Part shown: in pieces, positions 34,897 to 44,990 of the stretch
Layout of the letters: the number at the start of each line of letters is the position of its first letter
How positions within the stretch are numbered: the first letter of the stretch is position 1
From: Bacillota bacterium
GTDB taxonomy: Bacteria > Bacillota > SHA-98 > UBA4971
Direction of reading: 5' to 3'
Assembly (NCBI GenBank): GCA_050949175.1
Contig: JBMNFG010000011.1
Span: 329,549-393,548 of the forward strand
DNA: 64,000 bases
Made by a program: the position numbers and the translations under genes
Notes under the pieces: model-generated
Databases searched by the model: none
Told to the model about the DNA's origin: nothing
What the model saw: the letters and a program-made list of their open reading frames with translations, nothing else

Positions 34897-35481
34897 ATGT
34901 CTAAAATGGTAAACAGCATTTGGCTGGCATTGATCGTCCTTGGTGTTGTTACGGGGATCCTGAGCGGCACATCCGCTCAAGTAACAAGAGGCATTATTGA
35001 AGGTGCAAACCAGGCAGTAAACATATGTCTCGGGTTTATCGGGATCATGACTCTTTGGAGCGGCCTTATGCGGATCGCAGAATCCGCAGGCCTCACTCGG
35101 ACTCTTGCCAGGTTCTTTGCGCCTTTGGCAAGGTGGCTGTTCCCTTCAGTACCTGACGATCATCCCGCCCTTTGTGCCATCACCATGAGCCTGGTTGCGA
35201 ATCTCCTCGGTATGGGGAACGCTGCGACCCCTTTGGGCATAAAAGCCATGGAAGAGCTGGCATCCCTCAATGAGGGAAGAGATGCGGCCAGCGATGCAAT
35301 GTGCACCTTTGTGGCAATATCAACTGCAGGAATCACCCTCATTCCTACGACGGTGATTGCCATTCGAACACACTACCGTTCTCTGAATCCGGCAGAAGTC
35401 GTCATACCTATTGTCCTCATGAACATCCTTGCCACCTCAGTTGCATTACTTGCCGACAGGTTTTTCAGGGATATAACTTGA
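34897..35481 (+). CDS. spmA: Spore maturation protein A
   Basis: LWSGLMRIAE, ANLLGMGNAATPLGIKAM. Confidence 0.95.
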   Translation: MSKMVNSIWLALIVLGVVTGILSGTSAQVTRGIIEGANQAVNICLGFIGIMTLWSGLMRIAESAGLTRTLARFFAPLARWLFPSVPDDHPALCAITMSLVANLLGMGNAATPLGIKAMEELASLNEGRDAASDAMCTFVAISTAGITLIPTTVIAIRTHYRSLNPAEVVIPIVLMNILATSVALLADRFFRDIT

Positions 35482-35509
35482 GGATCATCAATCAAAGGAG
35501 AGAGAGATT

Positions 35510-36052
35510 ATGCTGCTTAAGGCTGTTGCCGCTCTCTCAAATCTTGTCGTTCCCCTTATGATTGCAGTTATCTGCATTGCAGGATACGCGAAGAAGGTCA
35601 GGGTATACGAGACATTCATAGAAGGCGCAAAGGACGGGTTTGCCATTGCAATAAGGTTAGTCCCTTTTCTGGTAGGTATGTTTGTGGCAATAGGGATCTT
35701 TCGAGAATCCGGCGCTTTAGCTTTACTGACGCGGATTCTCTCCCCACTGACACAAACGATAGGCATGCCTTCAGAACTGCTACCTCTGGCGCTGATACGG
35801 CCTTTGTCCGGAACAGGCGCATTGGAAGTCACAGTGGATCTTGTCCGGAAATTCGGGCCGGATTCCCTAATCGGCAGAATTGCCTCTACAATGCAAGCAA
35901 GCTCTGAGACTACGATTTACATCATTACAGTTTACTTTGGCGCAGTCGGAATAAGGAAAACCAGGCATTCGCTGGCAGCAGGCTTAATTGCAGATTTCGC
36001 CGCGTTTCTCTCTTCAGTGGCAATATGGCGTCTTATCTTGACTTTTGACTGA
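35510..36052 (+). CDS. spmB: Spore maturation protein B
   Basis: VYETFIEGAKDG, IRPLSG, SETTIYIITVYFGAVGI. Confidence 0.95.
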   Translation: MLLKAVAALSNLVVPLMIAVICIAGYAKKVRVYETFIEGAKDGFAIAIRLVPFLVGMFVAIGIFRESGALALLTRILSPLTQTIGMPSELLPLALIRPLSGTGALEVTVDLVRKFGPDSLIGRIASTMQASSETTIYIITVYFGAVGIRKTRHSLAAGLIADFAAFLSSVAIWRLILTFD

Positions 36053-37292
36053 TCCAAATCGCCCTCTTTTTCTGCGATTTCTCGTCCTCTGAAATAATAC
36101 GGAGCAACGTTTCAGCAACGCGCATAGAATCGTGTCTGGCGTAGTTTGCGGTAGACATTAAGTCTTCTTCTACGATCCTGATTCCAAACCGCCTTAGCCT
36201 GTCTCTGTCAACTTTGACCGGATACGCGCCTTCAACGCTGTACTTCTCAGCCAGCTTCGGTGGAACACGGCTTCGGTTTACCACAACATAGTCGATGAAT
36301 CCGTTCCCTGCGTGATCTATAATAGCCTCCACATGGTCTGCGGCAGTAAATCCGTCGGTTTCTCCGGGCTGGGTCATTACATTACACACGTATATCCTGG
36401 GTGCATTGCTCTTCAGGATCGCTTCTTTAATCCCTTCCACAAGCAGATTAGGAATTACACTGGTAAACAGGCTCCCCGGACCCAGCACAATGGCATCTGC
36501 ATCAGCAATGCTTTCAAGAGCCTCAGGAAGCGCCTTTGCATTCTCCGGCAGGAGGGATACCTTCTCTATGCGCACCCCGCACTTCCCAATAGTCGATTCA
36601 CCATATACCACATTTCCCCCTTGACAATGGGCGACAAGGACCACATCGTCTAGAGTTGAGGGAAGCACCCGGCCTCTTACCGCTAACACCCTGCTGGATT
36701 CCTTCACCGCCTCTTCAAAATCGCCGGTAATCGCAGACATTGTTGCGATAAACAGGTTCCCGAAGTTATGCCCTCCCAGCCCTGAGGAGTTGCCTTCAGG
36801 GAACCTATATTCAAAAAGACGAGCCATAAGAGGCTCGGAATCAGCAAGCGCCACAAGGCAGTTACGGATATCGCCCGGGGGAAGCACTCCCATTTCCTTT
36901 CTGAGTCTCCCTGAACTCCCTCCGTCATCAGCCACTGTGACTATGGCTGTCAGATTTCCCGTGAACTCCTTTAATCCTCTAAGCAGTGTAGATAAACCGG
37001 TGCCACCGCCTACAACGACTATCTTAGGGCCAAGCACAAGCTCATACCTCTTGTGGAGGACCTCTACAACATTTTCACCGTAATCCGGTGTAAGGGCTTT
37101 GATGACTAGTCTAACCACCACCACGGCGGAAAAGACAGTCATGACAACGCCTACGAGCCCCATGACAAGGCCAGGCATCCATCTGTATGAAAGAGATATG
37201 ATGCCTGCTATTGTCAGTCCTACTCCAACTGCAAACACCAAAGACCATTTCTTCAAGTCAAGGTGAGGATAAAGCTTCCTAACAGACTTCAT
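36033..37292 (-). CDS. yvcK: YvcK/GlmR UDP-GlcNAc-binding protein with N-terminal TM helices
   Basis: GGGTGL, ADDGGSSGRLR, GPGSLFTS, NVMTQPGET; start set at the ATG at 37292. Confidence 0.93.
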   Translation of the reverse strand: MKSVRKLYPHLDLKKWSLVFAVGVGLTIAGIISLSYRWMPGLVMGLVGVVMTVFSAVVVVRLVIKALTPDYGENVVEVLHKRYELVLGPKIVVVGGGTGLSTLLRGLKEFTGNLTAIVTVADDGGSSGRLRKEMGVLPPGDIRNCLVALADSEPLMARLFEYRFPEGNSSGLGGHNFGNLFIATMSAITGDFEEAVKESSRVLAVRGRVLPSTLDDVVLVAHCQGGNVVYGESTIGKCGVRIEKVSLLPENAKALPEALESIADADAIVLGPGSLFTSVIPNLLVEGIKEAILKSNAPRIYVCNVMTQPGETDGFTAADHVEAIIDHAGNGFIDYVVVNRSRVPPKLAEKYSVEGAYPVKVDRDRLRRFGIRIVEEDLMSTANYARHDSMRVAETLLRIISEDEKSQKKRAIWISQKSR

Positions 37293-37305
37293 TATAGTGA
37301 CTCTC

Positions 37306-38187
37306 CTACTCAGCCAGTCTCTCCGGGATGTCTTTATCCCTGTGTTCCACTGTGACATTGTATCCTTGTTCCTTCAAGAAACCAGCCAGGCGATTTGCAA
37401 TCGCAACAGAACGGTGCCTCCCTCCGGTGCATCCTATCCCGATTATGAGTTGAGTCTTCCCCTCCTTCGTGTATTGTGGCAAGAGAAACCCCATAAGTTC
37501 AAACAGCTTATCAAGGAAGGACTTCGTCACCTTGGAACGGAACACATAGTCTCTGACTGCATCAGATTCTCCCGTAAGCGGGCGCAAAGCGTCCACATAA
37601 TGGGGATTCGGCAGAAACCTTACATCAAAAACAAGATCCGCATCCATAGGTATTCCATGCTTGAATCCAAAGGACACTATGATCACGTCAATTCCCTTGC
37701 TGGGACTCTTTTGGGAAAAACTGGATGCGATTCGCTCGCGAAGTTGTTTAGGGGTAATATTTGATGTATCTATGATGCGAGAAGCTTTCTCGCGGACCTG
37801 TTCAAGCTTTCTGCGCTCTTCGCTGAGACCCTCAACAATACCGCCTTCTGCGGAAAGAGGATGACGTCTCCTGGTCTCTTTAAACCTCCGTACAAGAGCT
37901 TCATCAGACGCCTCAAGGAACAGAATCTCGTAATTGACTCCCATTTCCTCGAGGTCATCTAGCACATAAAACAGCTTATCGAAGAACTCGCGGCTCCTTA
38001 TATCCACCACTAAGGCTATTCTATCAATCTTGCCTTCGGATTGTGACGCGAGTTCAGCAAATTTCGGGATCAGTGTAGGCGGAAGATTATCAACACAAAA
38101 GAAACCGAGATCTTCAAGTGCACGCACAGCCTCACTCTTGCCTGCACCTGAAAGCCCTGTGATTATTATGAATCGCCCTTCATGCAA
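37306..38187 (-). CDS. rapZ: RapZ/YvcJ P-loop protein
   Basis: TGLSGAGKS, CVDNLPP, SFGFKHG, GCTGGRHRSV. Confidence 0.96.
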   Translation of the reverse strand: MHEGRFIIITGLSGAGKSEAVRALEDLGFFCVDNLPPTLIPKFAELASQSEGKIDRIALVVDIRSREFFDKLFYVLDDLEEMGVNYEILFLEASDEALVRRFKETRRRHPLSAEGGIVEGLSEERRKLEQVREKASRIIDTSNITPKQLRERIASSFSQKSPSKGIDVIIVSFGFKHGIPMDADLVFDVRFLPNPHYVDALRPLTGESDAVRDYVFRSKVTKSFLDKLFELMGFLLPQYTKEGKTQLIIGIGCTGGRHRSVAIANRLAGFLKEQGYNVTVEHRDKDIPERLAE

Positions 38188-38272
38188 AGCCAGATCCCTC
38201 CGCCTGTTGCCGGCATTCAGTCGGTCACAATCGACAACACGAGTCCCGGTCGAACAGTGTAGTTTAACACTT

Positions 38273-39055
38273 TCAGTATACCATACTCATTATGCCGGGT
38301 CCCTGGACAACATCATCAGATGGCGGCTTTAGCTCGGATGCAGCATCCCTATCCAAGAAAACGGTGCAATCCGGGTGAAGCTGCAGGACTGAACTGGGAA
38401 CCATATCTGTTACAGGCCCATGTATAGTCTGATAGATGGCACCGGACTTCTCAGGGCCGTTGGCAAGTAGAATAATCTTGCGTGAATTCATTATCGTCTT
38501 GATTCCCATGGAAATCGCTTGCCGCGGCACAGCGTCAGGATCATCATCAAAAAACCTTGCGTTAGCTTCAATAGTCCTTTTTGCAAGGTAGATCGGACGA
38601 GTAAGCGAACCGAATTCCGTCTTCGGCTCATTAAAACCGATATGCCCGTTACGCCCTATACCGAGTACAGCCAGGTCAATCCCGCCTGCCTTCTTGATCT
38701 CGCGTTCGTACGCGGCTGCTTCCTCGTGAGGATCCTCTGCAAGCCCACGAGGAATATGTACCCTATCTCGGTTTACGTTAACATCATTGAAGAAGTTGTC
38801 ATACATGTAAAAGGCATAGCTGGATTTGTGAGTTTCAGGAAGCCCCAGGTACTCATCGAGATTGAATGTAGTGACACGGGAAAAATCCAAGCCTTCCTCT
38901 TTATGCATCCTGACCAGTTCCGCGTAAAAGCCGAGGGGGGTTCCGCCTGTAGGCAGTGCAAGGACACAGTCAGGGTTCTTTTCTATTTCGGCAGCTACAA
39001 CCTTAGCCGCCTCTCTACTCATAATCTCATAGTCATCGGCAATAATTACTTTCAT
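38273..39055 (-). CDS. nagB: Glucosamine-6-phosphate deaminase
   Basis: LPTGGTP, TFNLDEY, GRNGHIGFNEP. Confidence 0.96.
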   Translation of the reverse strand: MKVIIADDYEIMSREAAKVVAAEIEKNPDCVLALPTGGTPLGFYAELVRMHKEEGLDFSRVTTFNLDEYLGLPETHKSSYAFYMYDNFFNDVNVNRDRVHIPRGLAEDPHEEAAAYEREIKKAGGIDLAVLGIGRNGHIGFNEPKTEFGSLTRPIYLAKRTIEANARFFDDDPDAVPRQAISMGIKTIMNSRKIILLANGPEKSGAIYQTIHGPVTDMVPSSVLQLHPDCTVFLDRDAASELKPPSDDVVQGPGIMSMVY

Positions 39056-39112
39056 GCTGTCGCCTCCTATCGAAGCTTCAAGCCAGATTCCGTGGAAAAC
39101 TCAAACGTCACT

Positions 39113-40309
39113 TTACCGGAGGACGCCTTCTTGCACATACACCGGATCACCGCACACAAATGTCGCCTTAACTTGCAGATCCTTATCCAACAGAACAAGG
39201 TCTGCGTCTTTCCCCACTTCCACACTGCCTTTCTTTTTGTCTAGACCCAAAATCCGGGCAGGAGTTTGAGATGCCATCTTAACAGCATCGCTCAGGGAGC
39301 ATCCGAGTTCCAGTACCAGATATCTGACTGCCTTATCCATGGTAAGTGCAGAACCGGCAAGGGTTCCGTCAGGAAGCCTGACTGCTCCGTCTTTGTGAAT
39401 AACTTTTTGTCCGCCCAGCTCATACTCGCCTTCCGGCATGCCTGCAGCCATTGTAGCATCTGTTATCAATGCAACATTATCCTTGCCTTTGCACTTCAGA
39501 AGTATTTTGGCAGCAGCACGATGGATGTGAAATCCGTCGAGGATCACATCTACTGTCAGCCTGTCACAGGAAAGCATTGCCCCGACCATCCCGGGGTTTC
39601 TGTGGTGCAGACCGCTCATGGCGTTGTAAGCATGTGTTATGTGGGTTGCTCCTTTATCCACCGCAGCAAGAACCTGGTCATACGTGGCAGATGAATGTCC
39701 GAGAGAGACTATGAGCCCGGAATCCTTTGCATGCCGAATAAGGTCCAATGCCCCAGGCATTTCAGGTGCAAGAGTAACCATCCTGATATTACCGGACGAT
39801 GCATCGATAAGCCGGTCCAGCTCGTCTATGGAAGGCCTTCTTATACCTGATAAGGGTTGAGCGCCTTTCATTTTAGGATTAAGCCATGGCCCTTCAAGGT
39901 GGATCCCCAGGACCTCAGCGCCACGAGAGGTAGGCCTACCTGTATAACTCCTGAACAGCCCGGCGACTTCCAGAAGCAGGCCTCGAGGAGGCGACGTAGT
40001 GGCAGGGAGGATTCCCGTGGTACCGTGGGCTGCATGGGTAATGCACATCTTCTCCAAAGATTCGAAATTGCCGTCTTCGATGTCGCATCCTCCGCCGCCA
40101 TGGGCATGAATATCTATAAACCCGGGAACCACTGTCAAACCTGTCGCATCAATCACGCTGTGTTCGTCTACACATCCGCATGTCCGTCCGGCACCTTCGC
40201 ATCCGCACTCCGGAGGGCTGATTCTCGTTATAATACCGTCTTTAATCTCGATAATTCCTGATTCTATTATGCCTTGGGGAGTCAAAATGTCTGCGCCTTT
40301 TATTATCAT
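39113..40309 (-). CDS. nagA: N-acetylglucosamine-6-phosphate deacetylase
   Basis: PGFIDIHAHG, HLEGP, THAYNAM, LAGS. Confidence 0.95.
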   Translation of the reverse strand: MIIKGADILTPQGIIESGIIEIKDGIITRISPPECGCEGAGRTCGCVDEHSVIDATGLTVVPGFIDIHAHGGGGCDIEDGNFESLEKMCITHAAHGTTGILPATTSPPRGLLLEVAGLFRSYTGRPTSRGAEVLGIHLEGPWLNPKMKGAQPLSGIRRPSIDELDRLIDASSGNIRMVTLAPEMPGALDLIRHAKDSGLIVSLGHSSATYDQVLAAVDKGATHITHAYNAMSGLHHRNPGMVGAMLSCDRLTVDVILDGFHIHRAAAKILLKCKGKDNVALITDATMAAGMPEGEYELGGQKVIHKDGAVRLPDGTLAGSALTMDKAVRYLVLELGCSLSDAVKMASQTPARILGLDKKKGSVEVGKDADLVLLDKDLQVKATFVCGDPVYVQEGVLR

Positions 40310-40321
40310 ACGCGACCTCCT

Positions 40322-41314
40322 TCAGACACCGACAGAAGGTTCGAGCCTTGCCAGCGACCTCCTTACGCGCTCCACCACATCCTCATTAACGGAGACCCCA
40401 AGTTCCTGTAGGGCCAGGAAATATGCGCCGGCTACAGGAGGGAATTGAGGTTGAGTGAGTATTGCTCCGGGAGCCGCCTTCATCAATTCACGCATAAGAG
40501 CGTCAGTAACCCGCCTGCCTGACTTGAAAACCCCGCCTGTAGTGACACATGGAAACCGCGTATCTTCCATATTCAGCGCCTTTGCCACAGCGCAGGCTGC
40601 AATCCCCAGTTCAGTGCCGGCCAGGTCAAGGATCTCAGAAGCTACTTCGTCTCCTTTATCAGCTGCTTCCGCCACAATGGGAGATAAATTCGCAATTTCA
40701 ATTCTACCTAATCTCCCGCCATACGCCAATCCCACAAGATCATCTACACTGTTTATTTTAAAATGGCTAATGATTGCTTGAGACAAGACAGTCGGTTTGT
40801 TGCGGCCGTCTTTAGCTTGGGTTACAGCATTAAGAGCCTTGTGGCCTATGTAGTATGCGCTGCCTTCATCCCCCAGGATATATCCCCAGCCTCCTGACCT
40901 TGCTCGCTTCCCTTCTTCATTAACGCCAAACGCCAATGAACCTGTGCCTGCAATTACAACGATTCCGGGACCTCCCATTGTTCCGCTGGCAAGTGCTACT
41001 ACACCGTCATTATCTATAACGACCCTCTTTGCCACTTGCATATCTCGAATAGGTGCTGCAAGCTGCTCCCTCTCTCCTGGACGATCCAAACCTGCAATAC
41101 CCATCCACATCAATTCAAACGTAGGTTTTTCATGTATCAGGCACTTGTCCGCCTCTCGAAGCAGCCGGCGTATGGTACTTGTGACACCGTCTATTCCAAC
41201 CAAGTGGTAATTGGCAGGGCCGGCAGCCAGCTTTGCCAGGATCTCCCCGTCTGTCTTCCCGATGAGGCAGTCAGTTCTCGTGCCCCCTGCATCCAGTGCA
41301 ACAATAAGCCCCAT
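40322..41314 (-). CDS. BadF/BadG/BcrA/BcrD-type N-acetylglucosamine (or MurNAc) kinase
   Basis: DAGGT, IAGTGS, GGWGYILGDEGSA; adjacent to nagA. Confidence 0.85.
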   Translation of the reverse strand: MGLIVALDAGGTRTDCLIGKTDGEILAKLAAGPANYHLVGIDGVTSTIRRLLREADKCLIHEKPTFELMWMGIAGLDRPGEREQLAAPIRDMQVAKRVVIDNDGVVALASGTMGGPGIVVIAGTGSLAFGVNEEGKRARSGGWGYILGDEGSAYYIGHKALNAVTQAKDGRNKPTVLSQAIISHFKINSVDDLVGLAYGGRLGRIEIANLSPIVAEAADKGDEVASEILDLAGTELGIAACAVAKALNMEDTRFPCVTTGGVFKSGRRVTDALMRELMKAAPGAILTQPQFPPVAGAYFLALQELGVSVNEDVVERVRRSLARLEPSVGV

Positions 41315-41316
41315 CC

Positions 41317-42051
41317 CTACTTCCGCACCTTTCCTCTCTTCCCTCTATCAGCCAAGAACTCGCGTATCTTATTGACATCAGTGTTTAGCACCAACTCACT
41401 GTCAAACCCTACTGATTTTACAAGTTCTACGGCCTTATCAAAATCACCTACCAAAGAGGTATGATGAGCGTCGCTGCAGATCACTATCGTTGCGCCGTAT
41501 TCAGCTGCCTTCTCAACGAACTTGACACAGTTTTCCCAACTGCCCCACCTGGCGACAGTAAGAGATGCATTATTGATCTCTATGAGCTTGCCAAGGTCTT
41601 TAGCTGCTCTGACTACTTCATCGATATCCACCGGATACGTGGGGTTCCCGGGGTGGACGATACCGTCTACGTGTGGGTTTTCCATAGTCCTTATCAGCGC
41701 ATGGGTGTTCTTCACGATTCCGCTGTCATCATAACCTGTATGAGTGTGGAATCCGGCAAATACAATATCCAGTTCGGAAAGAGGAAGATCAGGAAGATCA
41801 AGCTCTCCGCCAGGTCCTGCTATGTTCGCTTCAACGCCTTTTAGCACCCTGACGCCGGCTATGACAGACGGGACTACATGAATACTACCGAAGTGGTATA
41901 GATGGGGCCCGCCAGGCATATTGGGTCCGTGATCAGTTATGGCGATCATTTCCAGACCAACATCGGCAGCAGCCTGAGCCATTTCATTGACAGAGCAATA
42001 AGCATGTCCGCTGGCTACAGTATGAGTGTGAAGATCAGCTACAAGCTTCAT
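41317..42051 (-). CDS. PHP-domain phosphatase (YcdX-like)
   Basis: DLHTHT, ITDHGP, HPGNP, SDAH. Confidence 0.9.
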   Translation of the reverse strand: MKLVADLHTHTVASGHAYCSVNEMAQAAADVGLEMIAITDHGPNMPGGPHLYHFGSIHVVPSVIAGVRVLKGVEANIAGPGGELDLPDLPLSELDIVFAGFHTHTGYDDSGIVKNTHALIRTMENPHVDGIVHPGNPTYPVDIDEVVRAAKDLGKLIEINNASLTVARWGSWENCVKFVEKAAEYGATIVICSDAHHTSLVGDFDKAVELVKSVGFDSELVLNTDVNKIREFLADRGKRGKVRK

Positions 42052-42158
42052 TCAGTTACTATCCTCCTCGACCCGGGGTAATGCGCCTGGGCCGGCGCTT
42101 GGCCCGGGAACACCATCCCAGGCGAAGAGATTCAACACTTCGTCCGGAATCCCTGCCA

Positions 42159-43805
42159 CTACATGAACAGGGTAAAATCAATGTCGGGGAACACGGCATC
42201 AATAGACTCGACTTGCTCTAAGTAGTCAATGATGTCAGGCGATATCACATCCTTGGACAATGCATGGGCCAATCGTTCGAATCTGTGCCTGTGTTCGAGG
42301 AATCTCCGCTCTCCGTAGTCTCTTGCTTGTCGAGTGGTGACAAGGAAAGGCCAATCACTGCTTTGAAGGAGCATGGCCTCACGGGCAGCCTGCTTCAAGA
42401 GCCTGTTTCTCAAAGCCGCGTCATCGGTGTCCTGCTCTTGCCCGTGCCTACTGCTTATTTGCGATGCAGCGCTGCAAATCTCCTTTTCTACATTGTGAAT
42501 CTCCTGCCACATCCAGCCGGTCAAATCATTGTCCCAGATATAGTGGCCCCCACCTAAGCCCCATGAGCTTTCAAACAAATCGATCTCCTGATGCGGCACG
42601 TGTTTTTTCAGGCAACTTGAAGCAGACAAGACCTCTACATGGGGGCTCTTACCGAGGCTTTCCAATGTCCACCTTAGCCAATCAAGGCCTTCCAGCCACC
42701 AATGGCCGAAAAGCTCCATATCGAAGGGAGCTACAATAACCCCCTGATTCCCGGTTTCTCTGTTGAAATCCAAGAGAAGCCGTTCCACTAAGCCGGCAAA
42801 GTGATCTGCATGCTCCTTTGCTCGCCGAAGAGCGGCATCGGGATCATATACTTCCTTAGCAGAGAGATCCACTAATCGACTGGTAACTTTCCAGTAACCG
42901 AAACCGGAAACAGGATCACGCCTGTGGAATTCCCGGTAGTTCCCGTCACCTGGGTAGCCCCATTCTGAAGACCATACTTGCAAGGCGGTACGCTGGTTTC
43001 TCCCGAGGACTGCGATTCCGCTTCCTGAAAGCAGGTACGGAAGATACGAGGTATAATCTTGTGTTCGTTTTCGGATAGCAGGTTTCACCTCAGGCTTTCT
43101 CAGCGATCTATCTGAGTACACGCTTATCGGAGCCCCGCCTTCGATTGCATGGGCATCAACAAAAAAGTAAGTATATCCTAAATCCTTGAGCACCCTATCA
43201 ACACTGGTCGTCTCTGACGGCGGGCGATACCCGCATTCAGGCAGCCAAATCCCTTCCGGAGGACGCCCGAAGCTCTCTGTATATACATCACGCCCGAGTT
43301 TTAGCTGGGAATAGACAGAGTTCTCAGTGGAGAGAAGCGGCAAGTATGCATGGGTAGCCGCTCCGGCCACGATCTGAACCAATCCCCTGTCTTGAAGTGC
43401 CCGAAATGCACTCACCAGGTCTCTGTCGTACCGAAGATGAAAACTGCTCTTTACTTTTTCATACCGTTCCCTGTAGAACTTGGCCAGCTCTTGAAAGCTC
43501 CATTCCCTCTCAGCCTTGAATCGTGCAATGTCAGCCTCTGCTGCAGCGATCTTAGCGTCTAAGTACTCGTCGAACCGGAGGAGCATATACGGATCTTGCA
43601 ATTGATCGAGCAGCACAGGTGTAAATCCTATTGTAAAACTGCCAAAGGCGTCAGTGTCAGCCAGAGAATTGATAATATCCAAAAGCGGTATGTACGTTTC
43701 CGCCATAGCCTCAAAAACCCACTCCTCACCGAAAGGCCATACCCCTGCCTTTCTACAGTACGGCAGGTGGCTGTGGAGAACGAGTACAAGCGACCCGATT
43801 GACAT
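42159..43805 (-). CDS. GH57 1,4-alpha-glucan branching enzyme-like (DUF1957), paralogue 1
   Basis: LHSHLPY, WLPECG, APFDMELFGHWW, LLQSSDWPF. Confidence 0.9.
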   Translation of the reverse strand: MSIGSLVLVLHSHLPYCRKAGVWPFGEEWVFEAMAETYIPLLDIINSLADTDAFGSFTIGFTPVLLDQLQDPYMLLRFDEYLDAKIAAAEADIARFKAEREWSFQELAKFYRERYEKVKSSFHLRYDRDLVSAFRALQDRGLVQIVAGAATHAYLPLLSTENSVYSQLKLGRDVYTESFGRPPEGIWLPECGYRPPSETTSVDRVLKDLGYTYFFVDAHAIEGGAPISVYSDRSLRKPEVKPAIRKRTQDYTSYLPYLLSGSGIAVLGRNQRTALQVWSSEWGYPGDGNYREFHRRDPVSGFGYWKVTSRLVDLSAKEVYDPDAALRRAKEHADHFAGLVERLLLDFNRETGNQGVIVAPFDMELFGHWWLEGLDWLRWTLESLGKSPHVEVLSASSCLKKHVPHQEIDLFESSWGLGGGHYIWDNDLTGWMWQEIHNVEKEICSAASQISSRHGQEQDTDDAALRNRLLKQAAREAMLLQSSDWPFLVTTRQARDYGERRFLEHRHRFERLAHALSKDVISPDIIDYLEQVESIDAVFPDIDFTLFM

Positions 43806-43958
43806 TTTTTTGTCCTCCTTTCCAGAATGGAACATATTTAGTGTAAGTCATAAGCCCAGACAGTATTCCGATGGTATAAACCTGCACAGCAGTAGAGATA
43901 TTATTACAGAGGTGTCCGCTTAGAAATGTCCACACAATTCAGTGGGGAGGTAACCTGA

Positions 43959-44918
43959 TTGCCGAAATTGGAAAACACAAGTGAAAATAGCCTCAGCCAA
44001 GGCACCGGCCCCTCTGAGCCGGTGGAAATCAGCATCTCACAGACTATCCCTGAGATTGAAGTCATTGAGCCTCGCGAATTACACGTCGGAGAACCCCCTA
44101 TCGAATTCCGCGGAACCCCGGAAGACAAGTGGGAGAGTCACTATGAGCTTCCCATTGGGTATGGTTCTACCAGGCTTGTTTTGATGGTCCGTGACCCTTA
44201 TTGGATCCACGCGTATTGGGAGATCGCTGAAGATATTTCAGATATCGTAACGACGGAATTGGGGCCGCAAGGATGGTCTACTTCCAGACGAGTCCTTCGA
44301 GTGCATGATGTGACCGATATTGAATTTGACGGCAACAACTCCCACAGATGTATGGATATTGACATCGGAGATGTCGCCACAAACTGGTACATAAACGTTG
44401 ACCGGCCTAACCGATCATACTGTGCAGAACTGGGACTCATGGGGCCCGACGGCAGATTTGTATGCTTGTCCAGGTCTAACACAGTCAGGACTCCCAGGGC
44501 AGGCGTTTCAGAAATCATTGATGAAGAGTGGATGACGATCTCAGCCATAGAAAGGTACTATTCCAAACCTACCGCAAGCCCGGCATCACCTGAAATAATC
44601 TCTGCCATATCTGAAAGAATGCACCTGGACGTAGGCTCAGAATTTGTCAGTGAGATTTCCAGCCCGGGAATGGCAAAGCAGCCGCCGGCAAAGGAGTTTT
44701 GGCTGAATGCACTTGTAGAAGTGATAATCTACGGCTCCACTCAGCCTGACGCACATCTTACGGTTGGAGGACAACCTGTCAAGCTTCGCCCGGACGGATC
44801 TTTCCATGTCAGATACGCCCTGCCTGACGGGGAGAAAATCATAGATATCAAGGCAGTATCGAAAGATGCCTCCATGAATCGGTCGATTACTACAAGACTC
44901 ACCCGTAGTACATGGTAA
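43959..44918 (+). CDS. DUF4912-domain protein
   Basis: ELPIGYG, LMVRDPYWIHAYWE, SNTVRTP; C-terminal IYGSTQPDA beta domain. Confidence 0.85.
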   Translation: MPKLENTSENSLSQGTGPSEPVEISISQTIPEIEVIEPRELHVGEPPIEFRGTPEDKWESHYELPIGYGSTRLVLMVRDPYWIHAYWEIAEDISDIVTTELGPQGWSTSRRVLRVHDVTDIEFDGNNSHRCMDIDIGDVATNWYINVDRPNRSYCAELGLMGPDGRFVCLSRSNTVRTPRAGVSEIIDEEWMTISAIERYYSKPTASPASPEIISAISERMHLDVGSEFVSEISSPGMAKQPPAKEFWLNALVEVIIYGSTQPDAHLTVGGQPVKLRPDGSFHVRYALPDGEKIIDIKAVSKDASMNRSITTRLTRSTW

Positions 44919-44990
44919 AACCGGAACAGCACCTGGTAATTCCAACCTGTTATTCACCGGTATTCAGAAATAAGGAGATGGATCTGGAAG

